A stretch of 61,771 bases of DNA from an uncultured Clostridia bacterium (GTDB lineage Bacteria > Bacillota_I > Bacilli_A > RF39 > UBA660). Position 1 is the first letter of the stretch, and each line of letters starts with the position of its first letter. The position numbers and the translations under genes are program-made. The stretch spans positions 1-61,771 of the forward strand of contig CAMOMI010000002.1 of NCBI GenBank assembly GCA_946619755.1, given 5' to 3'. Below the pieces are notes generated by a model. That model had not been told where the DNA came from. It searched no databases and was given only the letters and a program-made list of their open reading frames with translations. This document shows, in pieces, positions 42,982 through 50,324 of this stretch.

Positions 42982-43181
42982 CCAAAAGTTCCTATGTAAC
43001 CTAATGTTCCTAAGAATATTATAAATATTGGTCCTGTCACATCTGTCTCTCCAATTTCTTTAAGTATAAACATAGACAATATTCCTAATAGTATAGACAT
43101 TAATGCATAGAATCGATCGGTCAATACAATCTTTCTCTTTCTTAAATGTTTTCCTTTGTTTCTTTCTTGTTTAATTTTCAT
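42969..43181 (-). CDS. Small two-TM membrane protein
   Basis: 70 aa with FYALMSILLGILSMFILK and GPIFIIFLGTLGYIGTF. Confidence 0.6.
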   Translation of the reverse strand: MKIKQERNKGKHLRKRKIVLTDRFYALMSILLGILSMFILKEIGETDVTGPIFIIFLGTLGYIGTFGEDD

Positions 43182-43199
43182 AATTAATACCTCCTTAGT

Positions 43200-43232
43200 T
43201 TTCTATAATATAACATGTATTTCACGCGAAAA
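43200..43232 (-). promoter_or_regulatory. Phage promoter-like motif P3
   Basis: Minus strand TTTTTCGCG-TGAAATACATGTTATAT-TATAGAAAA. Confidence 0.55.
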
Positions 43233-43256
43233 ATAAAAGAGTCAATTAAGACTCTC
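43230..43256 (-). terminator. Intrinsic terminator
   Basis: Minus strand AGAGTC-ttaatt-GACTCT followed by TTTATTTTT, running into P3. Confidence 0.7.
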
Positions 43257-43260
43257 TATT

Positions 43261-43443
43261 TTATTCGTTAACACATAGATGATAATACACATATGCTTCT
43301 TCAACTGTTAAATCTTTGATACGATTAAAAATTTCATTTGGGCTATATCCTTCCTTCATTAATTTAGAATACTTTCCTAAACGAATTTGTTTAACCTTCT
43401 CTGGCTTTTCAATTGCTTTGAATCTTTCTACAATATTTTCCAT
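43261..43443 (-). CDS. Hypothetical small protein
   Basis: 60-aa ORF in the track. Confidence 0.55.
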   Translation of the reverse strand: MENIVERFKAIEKPEKVKQIRLGKYSKLMKEGYSPNEIFNRIKDLTVEEAYVYYHLCVNE

Positions 43444-43452
43444 CTTTTATTA

Positions 43453-43487
43453 CCTCCTATATAATAACATGTATTTCACGCGAAAAA
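43453..43487 (-). promoter_or_regulatory. Phage promoter-like motif P2
   Basis: Minus strand TTTTTCGCG-TGAAATACATGTTATTA-TATAGGAGG. The downstream box overlaps the RBS. Confidence 0.5.
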
Positions 43488-43511
43488 AGAAAGAGAGTCT
43501 GTTAAGACTCA
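43484..43511 (-). terminator. Intrinsic terminator
   Basis: Minus strand GAGTCT-taac-AGACTC followed by TCTTTCTTTTTT, running into P2. Confidence 0.65.
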
Positions 43512-43678
43512 TCTATCTTATTAAATACTTTCTTTAATTCATCAACGGAACCTTTTTTAATATTTATGATAATGTTACCATTATTTTTTCTTTGATTTTC
43601 AGCTCCAGCATCATAAATAATTTTACCAACTCCGAATAAGAATAAAGTTGTAAATACTCCATATAATAGATTTTTCAT
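43502..43678 (-). CDS. Small N-terminally anchored or secreted protein
   Basis: Start at 43678 (MKNLLYGVFTTLFLFGVGKII) after AAGAGGTGA. Confidence 0.55.
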   Translation of the reverse strand: MKNLLYGVFTTLFLFGVGKIIYDAGAENQRKNNGNIIINIKKGSVDELKKVFNKIDES

Positions 43679-43713
43679 AATAATCACCTCTTTCTTTCAA
43701 AAATATACTATTT

Positions 43714-43746
43714 TTTCTATAAAAAGGCATGAAAAACACGCGAAAA
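43714..43746 (-). promoter_or_regulatory. Phage promoter-like motif P1 (first unit after the lysis cassette)
   Basis: Minus strand TTTTTCGCG-TGTTTTTCATGCCTTTT-TATAGAAAAA. Confidence 0.55.
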
Positions 43747-43896
43747 ATGGCCAAATTGACGTACGTACACCAGGATAGCCGTAGAGCGATTTTACCCCTT
43801 TTATAAACAAGTTATATTCCTTAAAAATAAAAATGGCTTAAAATCGATTCTCGAAGGTCGTTTTTTCGAAGTTTTTGAAAAAATTGCTAATTTTTA

Positions 43897-43933
43897 GAAA
43901 AATAAGAGGATATGTATATTTCACACCCTCTTT
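43897..43933 (-). terminator. Intrinsic terminator ending the late (structural/lysis) transcription unit
   Basis: Minus strand AGAGGGTGTG-aaatata-CATATCCTCT (two G:U pairs) followed by TATTTTTC, directly after the endolysin stop. Confidence 0.65.
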
Positions 43934-43937
43934 TTAA

Positions 43938-45110
43938 TTATTTATAAGAATCCTTACGTACGTATCCAACTCTAGCAGTCTTTATTACATATACTTTATC
44001 TGCATCTACACTAACATTAGCTAATATACGTACTTGTGTTAATGGTAGATAAGACCATTTCTTTCCAGAGAAATTAGAATTTTCATATATAGTTGTCATA
44101 GAATGGAAACGTTTAATTTGTCCAACGGTTCCTCTATCTACTAAAGGACTAGTTGTTCCACCTTCACCTAAATACTTTCCAGATACCCAACCATTTACTG
44201 GTCTTATAATATGATACCATCCATTTTCTTCACCATCAACTTCAACTCTTGTATTATTACTTAATTTACTAACAATTGAACTTTCAGTATTTGGATTAGA
44301 TCTAACATTAAGATGAGTACTAACATCTTTAACTCTCATAGTTCTATTTCCACTTGGAGCTTTAAAATCTAAATATGAAGAGCTAACCCATTTATTATCA
44401 CCTATTCTAGACCATCCATTAGATTCTTCATATACTATTACTTGAGTACCTTTAGGAAGACTTCCAATAACAGCTCCATTAGGATTATTTCTTACATTAA
44501 GATTTTTAGATTGTGTATTAACATATTTTACTAACATAGTTGCTTGTGGTTGAACTGATTGTTCATTTTGTGGTAGTTTAAATGCATAAAACGAACGAGC
44601 TTCAGAATTTTGTTTGAATGTATCTATTTGTACAAAACAACTATTACCTTCAACACTTACTTTTCCTTGTCTATTATATCTATTAAATTTACCAGCATAC
44701 AAATATGGATCATAAATTTCTATTTCATCATTTCTATGTCCAACTGCAAGAATATAATGTCCGCCAGTAGTCCACAATCCAGCTCCTACTAATATAACTA
44801 CAAGATATCCTTCTCTACATGCTTCTAACGCTTCGTATGAAGATTTAACTGGTCTAGTCTCTAATCCCCATCTTTCAGCAATATATGGAAATAACTTAGC
44901 AGATGTTCCACCATTAACTCTGAAACCATTTTCTATAGCTATGTCTCCCATAGTGTCTGGACGAATTATTTCTTTAAGGCTAGATACAACCATAGCAGCA
45001 CAAGTTACACCGCAACCACCAGATTTAATGGTAGCTTTAGGTAATTCTTGAGATGGGTAAGGATGAGAACCCCATCTCGAATCAGCTTGATTATAATATA
45101 CTTTTCCCAT
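43938..45110 (-). CDS. Endolysin: papain-fold (C39-like) cysteine peptidase domain plus SH3b repeats
   Basis: Start moved to ATG 45110 (MGKVYYNQADSRWG) after GAAGGAGG. Has the catalytic-Cys context IKSGGCGVTCAAMV and two clear SH3_3-like units (LNVRNNPNGAVIGSLPKGTQV...GW, LNVRSNPNTESSIVSKLSNNTRV...GW). Confidence 0.75.
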   Translation of the reverse strand: MGKVYYNQADSRWGSHPYPSQELPKATIKSGGCGVTCAAMVVSSLKEIIRPDTMGDIAIENGFRVNGGTSAKLFPYIAERWGLETRPVKSSYEALEACREGYLVVILVGAGLWTTGGHYILAVGHRNDEIEIYDPYLYAGKFNRYNRQGKVSVEGNSCFVQIDTFKQNSEARSFYAFKLPQNEQSVQPQATMLVKYVNTQSKNLNVRNNPNGAVIGSLPKGTQVIVYEESNGWSRIGDNKWVSSSYLDFKAPSGNRTMRVKDVSTHLNVRSNPNTESSIVSKLSNNTRVEVDGEENGWYHIIRPVNGWVSGKYLGEGGTTSPLVDRGTVGQIKRFHSMTTIYENSNFSGKKWSYLPLTQVRILANVSVDADKVYVIKTARVGYVRKDSYK

Positions 45111-45111
45111 T

Positions 45112-45276
45112 CTATAATCCTCCTTCTTCGTTTTCTTCAATAGTTTCATATTCTCTATCATCTGCTTCTTCGTCTGTAAATTCAGGAATAACTTGAGTAT
45201 CTAATTTCATATCATTATCTATATATGTACCATCAATAACTTCTAAAATATCATTGTTATCTGTTTCTTCATTCAT
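45112..45276 (-). CDS. Acidic micro-protein between holin and endolysin (54 aa, below the track cutoff)
   Basis: MNEETDNNDILEVIDGTYIDNDMKLDTQVIPEFTDEEADDREYETIEENEEGGL. AAAGGGGGA is the RBS. Confidence 0.4.
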   Translation of the reverse strand: MNEETDNNDILEVIDGTYIDNDMKLDTQVIPEFTDEEADDREYETIEENEEGGL

Positions 45277-45280
45277 AATA

Positions 45281-45571
45281 TTATTCCCCCTTTATAGATT
45301 TTATTCTTTTCAATAAGTCATGTAAAGCATTTGCTCCCCTTGAGCATATTATACCGGTGAGTAAAGAACCTACTACTGGAATATATAATTCCAAACCTAC
45401 CATTTTAAATATGTCTAATCTTCCAAGTACACAAATTATCATTCCTAATAATAGACATCCTATCATACTTACATTTATTTTATTTTTATCATAAACCATT
45501 TTTAGGTTTTCCCATATTGCCTCAACTAATATTGCTACAACTATTAATTGCATAAATTGCATAATATCCAT
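45281..45571 (-). CDS. Holin
   Basis: 96 aa with three hydrophobic segments and a charged C-terminus (HDLLKRIKSIKGE). Lies immediately upstream of the endolysin. Confidence 0.7.
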   Translation of the reverse strand: MDIMQFMQLIVVAILVEAIWENLKMVYDKNKINVSMIGCLLLGMIICVLGRLDIFKMVGLELYIPVVGSLLTGIICSRGANALHDLLKRIKSIKGE

Positions 45572-45589
45572 AATATTTTCTCCTTTCTT

Positions 45590-46825
45590 TTAATATCCTA
45601 TTGTCCAACCAGCATCTAAAAACGCTTGATAATTACTTAATGCTTGTATTCTAGAAGCTGGACACCAACTAGAAGCAAATCCTAAAGTCGTTAGTTTTTT
45701 TATACCTCTAAATGAAGTGTTTATATTAATACACATTGTGAGTATATTATTTATACTTTCATCTGTAAGTGATTGACAATAATAAAATGCTTGTGTTAAA
45801 TTTGTAACTTTACTTGTATTTAATACTGGTACATTTTCCAATTCAACGCAAGCATAAAATGTTTGATACATACTAGTTACATTATTTGTAATTATTTGTG
45901 GTATAGATTTTAATTTTTGGCACATATAAAACATACCATTCATATTATAGAGATTACGTGTATTTAATTGTGGAATGTTAACCAAATTTATACATTGTCT
46001 AAACATATCACTCATAATTGTAACGCTACCGGTATTTAATTGTGGAATAGTTGTTAATAAATTACATCCATTAAACATGCAATTCATATTCTGAACATTA
46101 CTTGTATCAATTTGAGGTATGGTTGTTAAAGATATACAATTTTGAAACATCGAACTCATATCTTTAACATTACTTGTATCCATTTGAGGTATGGTTGTTA
46201 AAGATTTACAATTTTTAAATAATCCAGACATACTAAGAACATTAGTTGTATTTAATTGTGGAATATTTTTTAAATTAATACAAGAATCAAAAAAATTATT
46301 CAATGTATTTCTTTTACTCACATCTAAATTTTCACACTTTGTAATTAATGACCTTAAACCAATACTAGCATCATAAGAAGAATTTGTATCAATTTTTGTA
46401 TTATATTCATTTTCTCCACCAACATTTGTTATTATCTCTACTTCATTTAAACCATCATATTCTGCATCTGCTACTATTATTTGTGTTTGATTCTCTGTTA
46501 TAGTTATTAATTTGTTTTGTAAGTTTGGAGTTGGTATTGGTACATTTACATTGACACTTTCATATTGAGTTACATCTGACATTCCATTTTCTGTTATTTC
46601 TTTTTGACCTTCTGGAATAATATAATCATCAGGAATAGCATTTACAGTTACTTTTGATAATAAATCAATATTTTCATCAGGTAATACCTCTTGAATTTGT
46701 TTTGTAGGGGTTATAATTTTTACTTGAGTAGTTGGTCTTATATATTCAGTTGCTTTATTTATTATTCCCTGTATAGATTGTTTATTAACTAAATTTCCAG
46801 TTAAACTTCCTTTGGCAACTATCAT
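45590..46825 (-). CDS. BspA-type leucine-rich-repeat (DUF285-like) tail/receptor-binding protein
   Basis: About 7 tandem repeats of roughly 24 aa: IPQ.(N/D)TSNV..M..MF..C.SLTT. Confidence 0.7.
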   Translation of the reverse strand: MIVAKGSLTGNLVNKQSIQGIINKATEYIRPTTQVKIITPTKQIQEVLPDENIDLLSKVTVNAIPDDYIIPEGQKEITENGMSDVTQYESVNVNVPIPTPNLQNKLITITENQTQIIVADAEYDGLNEVEIITNVGGENEYNTKIDTNSSYDASIGLRSLITKCENLDVSKRNTLNNFFDSCINLKNIPQLNTTNVLSMSGLFKNCKSLTTIPQMDTSNVKDMSSMFQNCISLTTIPQIDTSNVQNMNCMFNGCNLLTTIPQLNTGSVTIMSDMFRQCINLVNIPQLNTRNLYNMNGMFYMCQKLKSIPQIITNNVTSMYQTFYACVELENVPVLNTSKVTNLTQAFYYCQSLTDESINNILTMCININTSFRGIKKLTTLGFASSWCPASRIQALSNYQAFLDAGWTIGY

Positions 46826-47199
46826 TCTTCCTCAACTCCTTCTGGATAAAGTCTAAATATTTTTGCTCCATTTTCATCATAACCAATAATCGTTTGAGGA
46901 TTTGTTTCTGGGTTTAACTGTACTTCATACCAATAATCAACAGGAGTATTAATAATATCACCTATCGTTGTATCTTCTTTATTTAAAGGTATTTGAACTG
47001 TTGTTGTTTCTTCTTGTACAGTTATATCTTTTTGTTTTTTAATTAAATTAAATTTTTTCTTTTCAAATATACCTAATCTTATAACATCATCAACTTTAAA
47101 TATATAATCACTTCCATCTTCATTTTTAGCAGTTATTTCAAGAAGTCCTATATCGCCTCGAGTAATATGTATAGATAGATCTTTTTTGACTTCAAACAT
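46822..47199 (-). CDS. Ig-like small tail protein (BppU-N-like, tentative)
   Basis: 125 aa with HITRGDIGLLEI...DYWYEVQL pattern, in the tail-fibre region. Confidence 0.35.
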   Translation of the reverse strand: MFEVKKDLSIHITRGDIGLLEITAKNEDGSDYIFKVDDVIRLGIFEKKKFNLIKKQKDITVQEETTTVQIPLNKEDTTIGDIINTPVDYWYEVQLNPETNPQTIIGYDENGAKIFRLYPEGVEEE

Positions 47200-47218
47200 A
47201 CATCAATCCTCCTTTCTT

Positions 47219-47467
47219 TTATTCTTGTTCTGTTTGTTCTACAGGTTCTTCTTGATATGCCGTTGGTATTATTTTATTTTCAATTATATTTGCGTTATTA
47301 TCTAATATTGTAAGAACTACAGATGTGAAAAGCTCTGTTGCACTTGCAGTAGATGCCCACGAATAAAATAATGACATTGCAGAGGCAAAAGTTTGTCTAC
47401 TTTCTGTTGTTTTGTTTGTAATACCATCTGGTCTATTTTCTTGTTTAATAACTAAATAAGTTGTCAT
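47219..47467 (-). CDS. Hypothetical protein
   Basis: Start at 47467 (MTTYLVIK) after AGAAAGGAG. Confidence 0.5.
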   Translation of the reverse strand: MTTYLVIKQENRPDGITNKTTESRQTFASAMSLFYSWASTASATELFTSVVLTILDNNANIIENKIIPTAYQEEPVEQTEQE

Positions 47468-47483
47468 AGTTTTTATCTCCTTT

Positions 47484-47855
47484 CTATAATAATCCTTTAG
47501 CTTGCAAACCTTCAAACATACTATCTACGTAAGAATCTCCGCCATCATTGTTATAACGTTCTTTTGTTTCATATAACATACGTTTTTGTTCTTCATTAGG
47601 TGTATACATTCCATCTTGTATTTTTGTCATTTCAACGATAAGAAATCGTTTGCAATTATCCATATCCATAACATCTAATTTTTTGTTAAGACGTTTGTCC
47701 TCTTCTATGGACTGAGTTTTTAACTTATCCATCTTATCATCAACAGTTTTCAGTAAATCTTCCTGACTCTTTAATTTACTATTGGATTTGTTTTGTATAA
47801 CAATTCCAATTAATCCTATTATTGCTACTAAAACAGTAGCTATTGCTTGAGCCAT
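47484..47855 (-). CDS. N-terminally anchored coiled-coil protein
   Basis: 123 aa with TM MAQAIATVLVAIIGLIGIVI. Confidence 0.55.
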   Translation of the reverse strand: MAQAIATVLVAIIGLIGIVIQNKSNSKLKSQEDLLKTVDDKMDKLKTQSIEEDKRLNKKLDVMDMDNCKRFLIVEMTKIQDGMYTPNEEQKRMLYETKERYNNDGGDSYVDSMFEGLQAKGLL

Positions 47856-47882
47856 TATTATATGTCCTCCTTATAAGTTTTA

Positions 47883-48170
47883 TTATGCATCTTGTGCATT
47901 TTTAAATTTATCGGTTGTTTTTAAATAATCATATAAATCTTCAATTGTTTCAGTTTCATCATAATCTTTATTTAAATAAGTTGTGTCAATATAAATATTC
48001 ATAGGTTCTCCTGATTCTTGTTTTTCTATTTCTTCTTGTCTTTTTGATTCATTTATATAACTAGCAACTTCAATTATTATTGATTTATTTGTAATTTTAT
48101 TTATACTGACTATTCTATGATAGGTAACAACCACCCCATTATCTAATTCTACTGATTTAACTAATGCCAT
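47883..48170 (-). CDS. Hypothetical protein
   Basis: 95-aa ORF in the track. Confidence 0.55.
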   Translation of the reverse strand: MALVKSVELDNGVVVTYHRIVSINKITNKSIIIEVASYINESKRQEEIEKQESGEPMNIYIDTTYLNKDYDETETIEDLYDYLKTTDKFKNAQDA

Positions 48171-48179
48171 TTTTACCTC

Positions 48180-50297
48180 CTATCCTCTATATCCTATAAC
48201 TTTTACAATTCTTTGTTCATTAGCTGTATATTCTCCTTCATTATTTACATAATTAACTTGATATGATTCTACAGTTATACTAGTACCAGATATAACTATA
48301 GATCTAGTATTTAATCTTATTCTTGTAGAACTTGATGATCCTCTACTACATACTGTTGTTTCAACTCTTTTACCGTTTGGATCGTATACTTTAACACTAG
48401 AATATCCTGGATAATTACCTTGCTGATCTTTATAAAATATTTCTATACATTTAAAATTACCTGCAGTAACTGATAAAGTAACGGTTCCGTTTGTACCATC
48501 AGTATTGTCATATATTACTTTACCACCACTCATATTTGCTTTTACAACTGAATCTTTTCTAGTTAAACTACTAGATGGTGTAGTTCCAGATTCTGTTTGA
48601 GTATTATATACACTCCAAAGATTAAAATCATTACCAGTACTTATCGTATATTCTGCTAAAACATCAAAATGTAATCGTCTATAAGCAGCATTAGAGTAAC
48701 ACCATAACTCAACAGTATGTGATGTGGCTGTTGTATCGGCATTATAATACATACGAAAATCACCAGGATATATATCTGGACCACAATATTCCCATTCTAA
48801 TTGACAACTTTCAACACCACCATTGCCATTAGTTCTAACATGTGCTGTTAATATACCACACCCATCAGTATTATCACCAAATCCATAATGCACTAAAAAA
48901 GTTATATTACGATCATGATACTTATTATTATTGAAAGAAGCCTGTGCAAATTTATACCACCAATTAGATCCAGCATTATTTGTTCTTCCAACTATAGCTA
49001 ATTTTCGTTCTATTCTTTCTCCATGTACAACTAGATTTTTTCTAAATTGTGCATTATAATTAACATCAAATAAATCATCTGTCTCTGCAACTTTACCAAA
49101 TGCCACACCTTTACCTTGTTTTCTTACATCTATAGGAAATGCTACAGTACTTATTGCATATTCTCCAGAATATGTTGCATAACTAGTACCTTTGCTATCA
49201 TAAATATAAATTCTAGCAGTATAACTCTTTTCAATACTAAAGTTATTCGAGCCTATTACTTTATTGCTAACTGTACCAGATTTATTACTATTATTATCAA
49301 ATATAGATGCTGTTGTCCACGATGATGCTGTTGATTCTTTATATTGTATTTTTGCATAAACACCAGTTAAATCTGTAGCCCAACCAAAATCTACTCTCAA
49401 ATATGTACCAGTCTCTGATTTTGTACCAGATGAATTACATCTAGCTATACTTAAATTTGTATATCTAGGTTTAACATAAGCTAGAGTCCATTTAGCATAT
49501 AATGCCAGAGCAGCGTTTCCAGTATAAGTGGCACCAGCAGCATAATTTGTACCAGTACCATCAGCCTTAGTATTCCATCCATTAAATACATAATCCGTTC
49601 TTATTGGTGTTTGACTCGATAAAGTTAAGTTTTGTCCATAAGTTTTAGTTTGAGAACCAGGAACATTTGTAGCATTTGAACCGTTGCCATTATAAGTTAC
49701 TGCATATGTAATCGGAGTCCATTGTGCATATAATGTTACAGTACCACCAGGATCTGGTCCGTATTGACTTCCTGGATTATATGATGTACCACTACCATTA
49801 GATGCAGTATTCCAATTCTTAAATGTATATCCTGTTCTAGTTGGTTTTGTACTAGATAAATATAATGATTCGCCATACCATTTATCTTGATTACCTGGCT
49901 GACCAGAACCACCATTAGCATTATAAGTTATAACAGTATGAGTCTTAGCATCAGTATAACAATATAAATGTTCTCCTGGAGTACTTTCTCTAGTACCTGA
50001 TTCATATGATGCTTCAGAAACAATATAAGCATAATATTCTTTTTGTATAGAGCTATGTCCTCTGTTAACTCTAAAGTCATGATAACCTAATAAATATGTT
50101 CCTTGATTATCTTGGAAATCAATTGAATCATCATATACTAATTCTTCAGTATCCATACAAGCATATCCACGTACTGGCCCCATATTATAACGCCAACCAT
50201 TAGATTTCCAATAGCAATATACTCTAAAATCATAGTATAATCCCGTAGTACTTATACGATCACAACCAGTGTAACATTCCCAATCGGATTTACCCAT
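48180..50297 (-). CDS. Tail fibre/adhesin with Listeria-Bacteroides (Flg_new) repeats
   Basis: Units of the type TYNANGGSGQPG...YGESLYLSSTKPTRTGYTFKNWNT and TYNGNGSNATNV...YGQNLTLSSQTPIRTDYVFNGWNT. Confidence 0.65.
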   Translation of the reverse strand: MGKSDWECYTGCDRISTTGLYYDFRVYCYWKSNGWRYNMGPVRGYACMDTEELVYDDSIDFQDNQGTYLLGYHDFRVNRGHSSIQKEYYAYIVSEASYESGTRESTPGEHLYCYTDAKTHTVITYNANGGSGQPGNQDKWYGESLYLSSTKPTRTGYTFKNWNTASNGSGTSYNPGSQYGPDPGGTVTLYAQWTPITYAVTYNGNGSNATNVPGSQTKTYGQNLTLSSQTPIRTDYVFNGWNTKADGTGTNYAAGATYTGNAALALYAKWTLAYVKPRYTNLSIARCNSSGTKSETGTYLRVDFGWATDLTGVYAKIQYKESTASSWTTASIFDNNSNKSGTVSNKVIGSNNFSIEKSYTARIYIYDSKGTSYATYSGEYAISTVAFPIDVRKQGKGVAFGKVAETDDLFDVNYNAQFRKNLVVHGERIERKLAIVGRTNNAGSNWWYKFAQASFNNNKYHDRNITFLVHYGFGDNTDGCGILTAHVRTNGNGGVESCQLEWEYCGPDIYPGDFRMYYNADTTATSHTVELWCYSNAAYRRLHFDVLAEYTISTGNDFNLWSVYNTQTESGTTPSSSLTRKDSVVKANMSGGKVIYDNTDGTNGTVTLSVTAGNFKCIEIFYKDQQGNYPGYSSVKVYDPNGKRVETTVCSRGSSSSTRIRLNTRSIVISGTSITVESYQVNYVNNEGEYTANEQRIVKVIGYRG

Positions 50298-50324
50298 TAT
50301 CTATTCTCCTTTCCTTCAAAATTA

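Noticed and set aside
43747-43896. Short palindromes and repeats (ACGTACGT at about 43762, CTTCGA x2 at about 43835-43860) between the late terminator and P1, considered as a possible att or origin site
   Set aside because: The elements are too short and isolated to distinguish from chance. I noted them only as part of the boundary region.
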